Positions 45,788 to 55,253 of a stretch of 64,000 nucleotides of DNA are shown one piece after another. Each line of letters starts with the position of its first letter. Position 1 is the first letter of the stretch. Both the position numbers and the translations under genes were made by a program. Location: contig JAGLON010000006.1 in the NCBI GenBank assembly GCA_023138975.1, forward strand, positions 42,999 to 106,998, given 5' to 3'. The notes beneath the pieces are model-generated. The model had not been told where the DNA came from and did not search any database. It saw nothing but the letters and a program-made list of their open reading frames with translations. This DNA is from Candidatus Zixiibacteriota bacterium. GTDB taxonomy: Bacteria > Zixibacteria > MSB-5A5 > GN15 > JAAZOE01.

Positions 45788-46159
45788 AAGTCAGACGGCC
45801 GGTTGGGGAACCGGCCATCTGCTCTTGCAGGGGCAATTAAGGCAAGGAGGTTATCATTTACCAAATTCCTCGGGGGAAGGAAAACGGTAAATCAGAAAGC
45901 AAATGCAATATGAAAGCGTCTCCATGATGCAGTGCATTTTGCCTTCCATAATATTAAACTGTCATTGACCGCTCTAAGTTCCGACAAATTCCCCTTTTTT
46001 TAATTAAATTGACTAAAAAAGCCTCTTTTTTTTACCATTGTTTCACCCCAAAAATAGTAATATATTATACAAATTCCTCTTGATAGGGTTGGTGTCAGGT
46101 TAATTGTCACTCCCTATCTATGAAAAAAGTGCTGATTTTATAAGGAAAGAAACGCAATC

Positions 46160-47338
46160 ATGGATACAGATCGAATACGTTCAATACAGGGTGAATTGGC
46201 TAGAATGGGCTTAGACGGTTGGCTGATTTATGACTTTCACCGTACTAACGATGTGGCTGTCAGCTTTTTAAATCTGGAGGGGATTGTCACTCGAAGGTCT
46301 TTTTACTATATCCCAACCAGCGGCACACCGATAGCCTTTGTGCATAATATTGAGAAAAAACCGTTTGAAAAATTGCCCGGTGAGAAGTTTTACTACTCCT
46401 CCTATAGAATTTTAGAGGAGAAATTGAGAAAAACACTGACCGGAAAAAAACGGCTGGCAATGGAATATTCACCATTGGGCAGACTCCCTTATATCGGGAA
46501 GGTTGACGCCGGAACAATTGAATTAATCAAATCCTATGGCGTGGAAATAGTCTCTTCAGCCGATTTGGTTGGAAAATTCGATGCTTGTCTTGATGACGAG
46601 CAGATTATAATGCATAAAGAAGCCGCAGTCAAGGTTAATGAAATTAAGGATGCGGCCTTTGTCTTTATCAAAGACCGGCTTATTTCGGGTAAAAAAGTAA
46701 TTGAGTATGATGTTGCTCAATTTATTCTTGAGAGTTTCAATAAAGCCGGAATGGTAACCGATCACTCTCCAATTTGCGGCGTCAGGGAAAACGGCGGTAA
46801 TCCTCACTACGAACCGACTGCGGAATATTCGATTGAAATTAAAAAAGACGATTTGATTCTCATAGACCTCTGGGCCAAATTCGATAAGCCCCGCGCGATA
46901 TATGCCGATATGACCTGGATGGCCTTTGCGGGCAATTCTGTCCCGGAGCAATATGTACGGGATTTTACACTGGTTACAATGGCGCGTGATGCCGCTGTGG
47001 ATTATATCACACTAAATTGGGATAAGAAGAAAATATTCGGCTATGCCGTTGATGATGTCTGCCGTGGTGTTATAATGGCCGATGGTTCAGATCTGTACTT
47101 TACTCATCGAACGGGGCATTCCATCGCCGAATCAGTTCATGGCCCCGGTCCGAATATCGATAACCTGGAAACCGAGGACCGCCGCCGTCTGATGCCGGGA
47201 CATCTTTTCTCGATTGAACCGGGACTTTACTTTGACGATCACGGAGTTCGAACCGAAATAGATGTTTTGATTACGGAGAACGGCCCTGAGGTAACGACTC
47301 AGCCAGTGCAAAAAGATATCGTTTTACTGTTTGACTAA
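46160..47338 (+). CDS. M24-family metallopeptidase (Xaa-Pro aminopeptidase-like)
   Basis: Pita-bread fold metal ligand contexts: DLWAKFD...YADMTW, HRTGHSIAESVHGPGP, FSIEPGLY and RTEIDVLI. Confidence 0.85.
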   Translation: MDTDRIRSIQGELARMGLDGWLIYDFHRTNDVAVSFLNLEGIVTRRSFYYIPTSGTPIAFVHNIEKKPFEKLPGEKFYYSSYRILEEKLRKTLTGKKRLAMEYSPLGRLPYIGKVDAGTIELIKSYGVEIVSSADLVGKFDACLDDEQIIMHKEAAVKVNEIKDAAFVFIKDRLISGKKVIEYDVAQFILESFNKAGMVTDHSPICGVRENGGNPHYEPTAEYSIEIKKDDLILIDLWAKFDKPRAIYADMTWMAFAGNSVPEQYVRDFTLVTMARDAAVDYITLNWDKKKIFGYAVDDVCRGVIMADGSDLYFTHRTGHSIAESVHGPGPNIDNLETEDRRRLMPGHLFSIEPGLYFDDHGVRTEIDVLITENGPEVTTQPVQKDIVLLFD

Positions 47339-47358
47339 ACCGTTACACCAGTAATCTT

Positions 47359-47913
47359 ATGTACGTTACCTATCGCATTATACAGGAAGCTGCCGACAAA
47401 TTCGGGTACCCGCCGGTTATTCGCATGACTGCGCCAGTGGATATTGGCGAGTTTGAATTCATTCGCTCAACTCAACATTTCGGCCGGTCGCATGACGTAA
47501 CGATGTTTATTTTCAAAGGGCAGCAACTTATTGTTATCGCCAAACATCAATACCCTCCCGGACTGTTTAGGCCGCCTTCGGGAGCCTGTCACCCCGGCGA
47601 ATCACTGGAAGACGGCGCCCTGCGGGAATCGTATGAAGAAACCGGTTGTAAAATAGAACTCAACCGCTACATCCTTCAGATAAACGTAGACTTTACCTGC
47701 GGAAGTAAAACCATTCCCTGGAAATCTCACATCTTTACCGGGCATTATATTTCCGGTGAGATTCATCCTATCGATACCAGAGAAATCCGGGATGTCGCCT
47801 TGGCCAGCATTGAAGATTTTGAACTGTACAAGGAAATAATCCGCTATAAAACGGCTTCGGGCGGTCTCAATTATCGCGCCCGCCTTCACGATGAAGTCCT
47901 AAAACTTCTCTAA
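47359..47913 (+). CDS. NUDIX hydrolase
   Basis: Nudix box GACHPGESLEDGALRESYEETGC (GX5EX7REUXEEXGU). Confidence 0.8.
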   Translation: MYVTYRIIQEAADKFGYPPVIRMTAPVDIGEFEFIRSTQHFGRSHDVTMFIFKGQQLIVIAKHQYPPGLFRPPSGACHPGESLEDGALRESYEETGCKIELNRYILQINVDFTCGSKTIPWKSHIFTGHYISGEIHPIDTREIRDVALASIEDFELYKEIIRYKTASGGLNYRARLHDEVLKLL

Positions 47914-48023
47914 ATCGGTAATTCTTAATATTTTCAATAATTATACCGAATAATTTTCCGGCTTATTCGTTATATTATATACAGGACATTAAGGAAAAAA
48001 GAACCGATTAGGCAGGAAATATA

Positions 48024-49676
48024 TTGACCAGTTGTTTTTCTTTCAACAAGCTATCGTTACTTTTGATTTTATGCCTGGCACTATGGTCATGCTCGGGTGA
48101 TGCCATCAGGCTCTTTGATGACGGTAACTTTGATGATGCCACAGCAACCTATATTCGAAGTTCCAACCGGACCTTTATAAACAGCATCAGCGACATAAAA
48201 CTTGATGACGATATCGCCATGCGCAATTCTCAATTCGACCATCAATGCCGTCCCGGACGCTGGTATAAACTGAGCGAAGGGCAATACAAGATTGAAGTTA
48301 ACTACGCTGGGTATTTTAGACATACCAATGCTCCTTACAATTTTATTCTGACAAAAGATAATCGTGACTCTTTCCAGGGCCCATTTTTCAAAAACAGGTC
48401 TGATATTTTTCTGGAAATGGAATCGACTGCCCCGAAGACTCTTACGGTTAACGTTAAAGCAGGATATAAATATGAAATCCGCTCCCGGCTGACCAATCAG
48501 TATGGTATGCCTTTTGAGGCTCCCGCAATTCATGAATTGATTGCCCCGGAAATTCCGTCGCTTCATATTATCAGGGACAAAGATTACCCGGAAGCTATTC
48601 TTGATGTTCCACATCAATCCGAAGTAACCGTCTCTGATTTTACATGGAAAGCCTATATTGTCGAACTGAAGAGCGAAGAAGATATTGAAGACTTGAGACC
48701 TGAAAACCAACCATTAGCAAAAGCAATTGAATCAAGTGACTCTGACTTTGCCGATTTTCTAATTCGTGCCGGAGCTAAGATTACAAGGGAATCTCATACC
48801 AGTCTAACCGCACTACATCGGGCAGCCGAGGGAGGCTTGAGCGCCTTGACTCAAACTTTGTTGGAGCAAAGTGCCGACGTTAACGCTAAAACCGATATCG
48901 GAATGACACCGTTGCACTTGAGCGCCAAAAAAGGACACACTCAAGTAGCAGATCTCCTTATTGCCGCTTCGGCTGATATCAATGCCAAAAACAAAATGGG
49001 CGGAACGTCGCTTTTTTATGCCGCCGGAAACGGACATAGAAAAACTGTTGAATTGTTAATCGAAAACGGCGCCGATATAAACAGCCGCCAGAAAAATCGC
49101 TGGACGCCTCTGCATCATGCCATACAAGGCGGATTTCCCAAAGTAACGACAACTCTCATAAACGCTGGAGCCGACATCAACGCCCAAACCGATTTAGGCT
49201 TGACGCCGTTGATGATTGCCATAAATGAAAATGATTCGTTGGACTTTGAGATTTTAATGACAGCCGGTGCCGATGCAAGCAAAGTTGACCGGGAAGGCTG
49301 GTCGCCTCTGCATTACGCCGCTCTAAACGGCAACCGGTATTGTATGCGGACACTGTTGCAGGCTGGGGTCTCCCCCTGTGCAGCCAATCATCGTAAGTGC
49401 ACTCCTCTGCACAATGCAGCTTTGAAAGGCGATATCGGCGGTATTGCCTTGTTGTTAGAACAGGATTGTAATATCAATGCCATGACCGAAAACGGATGGA
49501 CTCCTCTGCACATGGCCGCCTCAATGGGACAACTTGGGGCAATCAAATATTTACTTGAAAAAGGGGCTGATATCAATGCCGGGATAAACGATAATTTTAC
49601 ACCGCTATCCCTTGCCCGAGAGCGAGGCGACTCTGCTTGCATCCGCTATCTCTGGCAGAATGGGGGAATGGAGTAA
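48024..49676 (+). CDS. Exported (lipobox-like) ankyrin-repeat protein with an unknown ~230 aa N-terminal domain
   Basis: TTG start; signal segment LSLLLILCLALWSCSGD; about nine consecutive 33-aa ankyrin repeats (TPLH.A...GH...V..LL..GADINA...) from about aa 240 to the C-terminus. Confidence 0.85.
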   Translation: MTSCFSFNKLSLLLILCLALWSCSGDAIRLFDDGNFDDATATYIRSSNRTFINSISDIKLDDDIAMRNSQFDHQCRPGRWYKLSEGQYKIEVNYAGYFRHTNAPYNFILTKDNRDSFQGPFFKNRSDIFLEMESTAPKTLTVNVKAGYKYEIRSRLTNQYGMPFEAPAIHELIAPEIPSLHIIRDKDYPEAILDVPHQSEVTVSDFTWKAYIVELKSEEDIEDLRPENQPLAKAIESSDSDFADFLIRAGAKITRESHTSLTALHRAAEGGLSALTQTLLEQSADVNAKTDIGMTPLHLSAKKGHTQVADLLIAASADINAKNKMGGTSLFYAAGNGHRKTVELLIENGADINSRQKNRWTPLHHAIQGGFPKVTTTLINAGADINAQTDLGLTPLMIAINENDSLDFEILMTAGADASKVDREGWSPLHYAALNGNRYCMRTLLQAGVSPCAANHRKCTPLHNAALKGDIGGIALLLEQDCNINAMTENGWTPLHMAASMGQLGAIKYLLEKGADINAGINDNFTPLSLARERGDSACIRYLWQNGGME

Positions 49677-49806
49677 ACTCAGATATTTTATCCCCATTTC
49701 TTTCCCTTGCTGTTAGATAAATCTGCCTTCACTTCAAAATGGCATAGTTGTACTTTTACAAAATTAGTGATTGACTTGATGACAGAATCATTTTAATTGA
49801 GTTATT

Positions 49807-50709
49807 ATGATAGTTATCACTTTAGATAGTCATATTCTTTCAAAGATTGCCAACGATACAGTTCTATTTGAAAAAATCTACAAGAAAACAGAACAATTAT
49901 ACATATCAGGAAAATTGATATTCCAATTCTCGCCAATTGTTTTCATTGAATCTTTGAAGGGTGTTAAAACAAAGGAACATTTTAAGGAAGATCAGAATCG
50001 TGTTCGAATCGCAAGTAAACTGTGCAATAAGCACTTTTTACCCGATACAGCCAATCATTTACGAAAAACAATCGGCCTTAATTCTGAAAAAGATGCTTTT
50101 AGAATTGGATGCAATTGGATCCGCCGATTCCATGATATTGCAACTTGTGACACATTTGAAGCATTTACTATACAGCACTTGCCATTTTTCGCAAAGTTAG
50201 GAGGGCGGATCGAAGAAAATCATAAGTCAATGAGTCATTCATTAATTCAACTTAAAAAATACTTGCATAAAGATGCATATAAAACGGAAGAATTTATGGA
50301 CACTTTGAGACGGACCTTTCTTGATATAGCAATAGATCATTTTGACCTTAAATCAGCATTGGCTCTTACAAGAATGAGTATAAATGAAGTAGCGAAATCA
50401 CTCCCCGGTCTAACATTCTTTTCATTTTCTTATGCTAGCCTAGTGAAGGACTGTCTTGACCCACAAGGTCGGAAGGAAATAATTGCAAGTGATTATTGCG
50501 ACATGATTCAAACAGTCTACTTGGATGTTTGCGATTATATAGTTTCAAATGACTCACGCTTCGCTCGTGTAGTGAATAGCTCAGGATTGAAGGAACTCGA
50601 AAAACGAATTATTCCATTTGAAGAGTTTCTTAGCATGCTTGATTTCTTAAATGACGCAAAAAAGGCACCACTAAACCCAAGCTTTCTATCGATTCCTCCT
50701 CAGCAATAA
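49807..50709 (+). CDS. Low-GC orphan protein with PIN-like terminal motifs
   Basis: 300 aa. The N-terminus IVITLDSHIL and the C-terminal DYCDMIQTVYLDVCDYIVSNDSRFARVV resemble the first and last acidic motifs of PIN-domain nucleases, separated by a long helical insert. Sample lines give 23-43% GC. Confidence 0.45.
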   Translation: MIVITLDSHILSKIANDTVLFEKIYKKTEQLYISGKLIFQFSPIVFIESLKGVKTKEHFKEDQNRVRIASKLCNKHFLPDTANHLRKTIGLNSEKDAFRIGCNWIRRFHDIATCDTFEAFTIQHLPFFAKLGGRIEENHKSMSHSLIQLKKYLHKDAYKTEEFMDTLRRTFLDIAIDHFDLKSALALTRMSINEVAKSLPGLTFFSFSYASLVKDCLDPQGRKEIIASDYCDMIQTVYLDVCDYIVSNDSRFARVVNSSGLKELEKRIIPFEEFLSMLDFLNDAKKAPLNPSFLSIPPQQ

Positions 50710-50754
50710 TTCCCCGCTTGCGAGACAATTAGAACAAGTGTATATTGCCTGCCT

Positions 50755-51552
50755 ATGGGAGAATTAATAGACAATATCGGAATCGGGAAAAACTTTTTCC
50801 TCATTGCCGGCAACTGTGTCGTCGAGGATGAATTCATCACCCTCGAAACCGCCGGCTTTCTAAAAAAACTATGCAAGAAATTCGACGTGCCACTGATCTA
50901 CAAGTCATCCTACCGCAAAGCCAACCGCACCTCCGGCAACTCGTTTACCTCAATCGGCGACGGCGAGGCCCTGGACATCCTGTCCAAGGTCAAAAAAGAC
51001 CTCAAGCTGCCGCTCCTGACTGATATTCACGAAACCACCGAAATAGATACCGTCAAAGATATCGATGTGCTTCAGATTCCGGCTTTTTTGTGCCGTCAGA
51101 CAAACCTTATCCGCAAGGCCGCCGAAACCGGAAAATGGGTTAATATCAAAAAAGGTCAGTTCATGTCACCGGATAACATGAAAGAAGCGGCTGAAAAGGG
51201 TTCCACTGTCAACGGCTCAAGGATTATGCTGACCGAGCGGGGCACAACTTTTGGGTACAATAATCTCGTCGTTGACTTTCGGGGACTGTCTATAATGAAG
51301 AAGTTCGGCCATCCGATTATTTTTGATGCGACTCATTCGGTACAGCGTCCCGGAGGTCTCGGCAGTTCATCCGGAGGCGACCGTGAATTTATCGTATCTC
51401 TGGCCAGGGCCGCGGCTGCGGTTGGAATCGACGGCCTGTTTGTAGAAACTCACCCGGAACCGAAAATAGCAAAATCTGATGCCGCCACTCAAATTCCCCT
51501 TCTCGATATGCCGCATTTGATCGAACAGATTCTAAAAATTTTAAAGGCGTAA
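50755..51552 (+). CDS. kdsA: 3-deoxy-8-phosphooctulonate (KDO-8-P) synthase
   Basis: FLIAGNCVVEDE, YKSSYRKANRTS and FDATHSVQRPGG motifs. Confidence 0.9.
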   Translation: MGELIDNIGIGKNFFLIAGNCVVEDEFITLETAGFLKKLCKKFDVPLIYKSSYRKANRTSGNSFTSIGDGEALDILSKVKKDLKLPLLTDIHETTEIDTVKDIDVLQIPAFLCRQTNLIRKAAETGKWVNIKKGQFMSPDNMKEAAEKGSTVNGSRIMLTERGTTFGYNNLVVDFRGLSIMKKFGHPIIFDATHSVQRPGGLGSSSGGDREFIVSLARAAAAVGIDGLFVETHPEPKIAKSDAATQIPLLDMPHLIEQILKILKA

Positions 51553-51555
51553 TTT

Positions 51556-52107
51556 ATGCCCGTGAAAAAGAACTACCTGACCAGACTGCAACTGGCTGAT
51601 AAATTAAAAAACCTCAAAGCGTTGATTCTTGATGTGGATGGCGTTTTGACCGACGATCATCTCTATATCGGACCGGACGGATTCGAGATTAAAAAATTCT
51701 ACATCGGCGACGGCCTGATGATAGTTTTGGCTATGCGTCAGGGATTAGAAATTGTTATCATGTCCAACCGCTACAGCCCGGCCACGACAACCAGAATGAA
51801 CGATCTCGGCGTAAAACATGTTATACAGGAACGTGGCGACAAAGCCAAAATCGTCCGGAAATATTTCGACGATAACGGCTTGGATATTGATCTTGACGAA
51901 ACCGCCTTTATCGGCAATGATATAATGGATGTGTCGCTGGCCCAAAAAGTCGGTATCGGCATCGCTGTAAAAAACGCCCACAGTGACTTGCTTGATACCG
52001 CCGACTTCGTTACCAAAACCGACGGCGGTACCGGGGCAGTGCGCGAAATTCTGGAATTGTATTTTGATGCCATAGGTGTGAAACCGATTGAGCTTTTTAC
52101 CAAATGA
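51556..52107 (+). CDS. kdsC: KDO-8-phosphate phosphatase (HAD-IIIA)
   Basis: LILDVDGVLTD nucleophile motif, ...GDKAK..., and FIGNDIMD. Confidence 0.85.
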   Translation: MPVKKNYLTRLQLADKLKNLKALILDVDGVLTDDHLYIGPDGFEIKKFYIGDGLMIVLAMRQGLEIVIMSNRYSPATTTRMNDLGVKHVIQERGDKAKIVRKYFDDNGLDIDLDETAFIGNDIMDVSLAQKVGIGIAVKNAHSDLLDTADFVTKTDGGTGAVREILELYFDAIGVKPIELFTK

Positions 52108-53063
52108 TTAAAGAGACCGCAAAAGATGTTATAAAAAAGGAAGCCGAGGCCATCTACGGGCTTCTCGACCGTATCGACGACAATTTCGAGGCGGCCGTTA
52201 ATTCTATTCTTAATTTGTCCGGGCGGGTGATTATTACCGGTATGGGTAAATCAGGAATTATCGGTAAGAAAATCGCCGCAACGCTCTCTTCTACCGGCAC
52301 TCCGGCCTTGTTTTTACACCCGGTCGAGGCTATTCACGGCGATTTGGGAATCGTTACTAAGAGCGATATCGTTTTGGTGATTTCCAAATCAGGCGACACC
52401 GCTGAACTGCATCAATTGATTCCGGCCTTCAAGCGTCTGGGGCTAAAAATCATCGTTTTTATTGGTGAAACCAACTCACCGCTGGCGGAGCGGGCAGACA
52501 TTATAATAAACTGCAGCGTCCCCAACGAAGCCTGCCTCAATAATCTGGTGCCGACCTCATCTTCTACTGCCGCGGCAGTTATGGGAGACGCTCTGGCGGT
52601 CGCTCTTTTGGAACAACGAGGATTTACGGCTGACGATTTTGCTCAGCTTCACCCCGGAGGTTCTCTCGGACGGCGACTGCTTGTTCGCGTTTCGGATATC
52701 ATGCACACCGGCGATAAAATCCCGATAGTCACCCCGAATGCGACCGTGGAAGAGACCCTTATCGTAATGTCTCAAGGAATGCTGGGTATGGCCGCCGTTG
52801 CCAACAGCGACGGTACATTGGCCGGAGTCTTTACCGATGGCGACCTGCGCCGAATTTCGGAAAAGGGTAATGGGTTCATGCAGTCCAAAATATCCGGCGT
52901 TATGACAAAAAATCCCCTGACTATTTCACCGGACGCAATTTTGGATGAAGTCCTGGCTTTATACGAAAAGCACAAGATAACCGCCTTGGTCGTCGTCGAT
53001 GATTCCCATCGACCGGTCGGAGCGATTCACATTCACGATATTCTTCAATCAAAACTGGTATAG
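52104..53063 (+). CDS. kdsD: Arabinose-5-phosphate isomerase (SIS domain plus tandem CBS domains)
   Basis: GRVIITGMGKSGIIGKKIAATLSSTGTPALFLHPVEAIHGDLG, followed by two CBS repeats. Confidence 0.9.
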   Translation: MIKETAKDVIKKEAEAIYGLLDRIDDNFEAAVNSILNLSGRVIITGMGKSGIIGKKIAATLSSTGTPALFLHPVEAIHGDLGIVTKSDIVLVISKSGDTAELHQLIPAFKRLGLKIIVFIGETNSPLAERADIIINCSVPNEACLNNLVPTSSSTAAAVMGDALAVALLEQRGFTADDFAQLHPGGSLGRRLLVRVSDIMHTGDKIPIVTPNATVEETLIVMSQGMLGMAAVANSDGTLAGVFTDGDLRRISEKGNGFMQSKISGVMTKNPLTISPDAILDEVLALYEKHKITALVVVDDSHRPVGAIHIHDILQSKLV

Positions 53064-53071
53064 CCTAAGCC

Positions 53072-54013
53072 GTGGCCGACAAGAGATTCAGACACGCTGT
53101 TACCTATCACCTCGTTCGTTTCATGTACAATACCATCAGCATCCTCCCCCGCCGTTTGACTCTGTTCCTGGGTGAAACTCTGGGGCTGTTGACCTACCTG
53201 ATGGTGCCCAAAGAACGGCATAAAGCCATCACAAATCTTGACCGTGCCTATGGCGATGAAAAAACTTATCGGGAAAAGAAAAACATTGCTCGCGGAAGTT
53301 TTATAACTTTCGGACGAGCGGCTCTTGAGGCGATGCGAATTAAAAAACATTTTCATTCACAAATGTTTGACGATATCGAAGTCATCGGCCGGGAGAATTT
53401 TGAAAAAGCTTATGAACGGGGCAACGGCGTTATCGCCTTCACCGCCCATATCGGCAACTTTGAACTGCTGGCCGCGTGGGTGGCGCAAACCGGTCACAAA
53501 ACCGCCGTTGTCGTGCGCAAATTATTCGAACAGCGGTTCGATGAAATGCTGGTTGCCAATCGTGCTAAATTGGGGATAGTGACAGTCATGTCCGATGACT
53601 CCCCTCGAAGAATCCTTAACCTTCTCAAGGATCAGCATGTTATCGGCTTTTTAATAGATACCGATTCATTTCGGGTAGCCGGAGAGCTTACGCCGTTTTT
53701 TGGCCGGCCAGCCAAGACTCCGATTGGGCCGACGCAATTGGGCCTCATTACCAAATCATCCTTCGTTCCGTTTTTCTGCCTGTCGCTCCCCAAGGGAAAA
53801 TACCGCCTGATTATCGGCGAGGAACTTGAAATAGAAGATTATAAACGAAGCCGTGAGAACATCTTTCAAATCACGTCCCGCATGACAGCGGAAATCGAAA
53901 AGTTAATCCGGCAGTATCCCGAACAATGGATTTGGATGCACAACCGCTGGCATACTCGTCCGGAGGGTGACGATTCCGATTTCTTGTCATCGCAAGGTCT
54001 GTCGGTTAAATAG
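53072..54013 (+). CDS. Lipid A biosynthesis (KDO)2-lipid IVA acyltransferase family protein (LpxL/HtrB-like)
   Basis: GTG start; catalytic FTAHIGNFELL (HX4E) and the C-terminal YPEQWIWMHNRW signature. Confidence 0.8.
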   Translation: MADKRFRHAVTYHLVRFMYNTISILPRRLTLFLGETLGLLTYLMVPKERHKAITNLDRAYGDEKTYREKKNIARGSFITFGRAALEAMRIKKHFHSQMFDDIEVIGRENFEKAYERGNGVIAFTAHIGNFELLAAWVAQTGHKTAVVVRKLFEQRFDEMLVANRAKLGIVTVMSDDSPRRILNLLKDQHVIGFLIDTDSFRVAGELTPFFGRPAKTPIGPTQLGLITKSSFVPFFCLSLPKGKYRLIIGEELEIEDYKRSRENIFQITSRMTAEIEKLIRQYPEQWIWMHNRWHTRPEGDDSDFLSSQGLSVK

Positions 54014-54286
54014 ACTGTCTAAATCCACGTAATCTATTAAATGCTTGTTTCGTGTCCCCGTAACTCATAAAACCACAACACTATAAACCAACTCAACAAT
54101 TGCTTGACTGTTAGATTATTAGCTAATTTGGCATCATTTTTTGTACTTTATATTAAAACAGGACAATTTTAGTGAACTTTTACCAGAAATGTCGGTTACT
54201 AATTATCAGTTGATATAATCAACCCCTGTAAACTGGCGTAGATATAGAAAAATCGCCTTTGACAAACTAAGAAGGGAGTGCCTAAA

Positions 54287-54871
54287 GTGAAACGATTAAT
54301 ACTGACTACGATTATTATCCTGACGTTTGGTCTAACTGCTCACGCGGCAAATTGGAATTTGGACAATGCCCACTCCTCAATCGGTTTTTCGGTTCGCCAT
54401 ATGGTAATTTCCAAGACGACCGGTAAATTCTCGGACTATTCAGGTACGGTTGATTTTGACGGTAAGAACCTCGATAAAGCCTCAATTGACATCACTATTA
54501 GCATGGCCTCAATCAATACCGAAGACGAAGATCGGGACAAACACTTGAAGGGTCCGGATTTTCTCGATGCCGCCAAGTTTCCGGAAATGACCTTTAAGTC
54601 GTCCAAGATTACAGCCGGTACTGACAGCGAATTCAAAATTACCGGTATGCTGACTATCAAAGGTGTCTCAAAAGAAGTAACTCTCGAGGCTGAGTTCAAC
54701 GGCATCATCGACGATCCCTGGGGAAATACTCGAGCCGGATTTACTGCCGAAACAACTATCGACCGCCAGGACTTCAATGTCTCTTTTGACAATAAGCTCA
54801 AAGACGGCTCACTGATTGTCGGCAACGACATCAAAATCATGCTGGAGATCGAATTGGTCAAGGCTAAATAA
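54287..54871 (+). CDS. yceI: YceI-family periplasmic polyisoprenoid-binding protein
   Basis: Start moved to GTG 54287 (AAGGGAG 8 nt upstream), giving MKRLILTTIIILTFGLTAHA. The family motifs W.LD..HS.IGF.V.H and ...RDKHL....F are present. Confidence 0.85.
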   Translation: MKRLILTTIIILTFGLTAHAANWNLDNAHSSIGFSVRHMVISKTTGKFSDYSGTVDFDGKNLDKASIDITISMASINTEDEDRDKHLKGPDFLDAAKFPEMTFKSSKITAGTDSEFKITGMLTIKGVSKEVTLEAEFNGIIDDPWGNTRAGFTAETTIDRQDFNVSFDNKLKDGSLIVGNDIKIMLEIELVKAK

Positions 54872-54977
54872 AATCATTATGAGGGATTAATAAATATTTT
54901 TCAAGAGTAACTCCTTATCTCTTTACCGGGAGTTGTTCCCTCCTACCCAGACCCCCGGTAATTTTTTTGCCTTGTCA

Positions 54978-55007
54978 ACGGAGCGGCTGCACACCGCTCC
55001 GTTTTTA
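54978..55007 (+). terminator. Rho-independent terminator of yceI
   Basis: 9 bp stem acggagcgg / ccgctccgt followed by TTTTT. Confidence 0.8.
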
Positions 55008-55108
55008 TTTTTGTGAGGATTAGATTTTAAGAAAATTTTAATAAAAGCAAATGCTTGATACAACTGACCAAAGACTCTCGTCATTAGGGAGTATGATCAA
55101 TCTCCGCT

Positions 55109-55222
55109 CTGGATTCCCGACTCACTTCGCTCTCGGGAATGACAAGTATAAGTACTCATCCAATTCAAGGCGTAGCCCAGGTAGGCGATTATTTTGTGAG
55201 CGGCAGGCTATAGTCCTGCCTT
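55109..55222. repeat. Hairpin repeat modules (GGGAAT type, then GGCAGG-CTATAGT-CCTGCC)
   Basis: 55109-55143 (ctggattcccgactcacttcgctctcgggaatgac) is the reverse complement of 56225-56259, matching at 34/35. 55199-55222 carries the CTATAG module. Confidence 0.75.
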
Positions 55223-55253
55223 GCGGGAGGTCCACATCTGCCCCATCATACTA

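Noticed and set aside
48087-48710. 207 aa minus-strand ORF.
   Set aside because: It lies entirely antisense within the ankyrin-repeat protein gene, whose repeat structure is unambiguous. No start context or homology supports it.
54129-54144. Second sigma-54-like motif tggcatcattttttgt upstream of yceI.
   Set aside because: The -12 element lacks the GC dinucleotide at the required GG-N10-GC spacing.
54436-54861. 141 aa minus-strand ORF.
   Set aside because: It lies antisense within yceI, which has the family motifs and a signal peptide.
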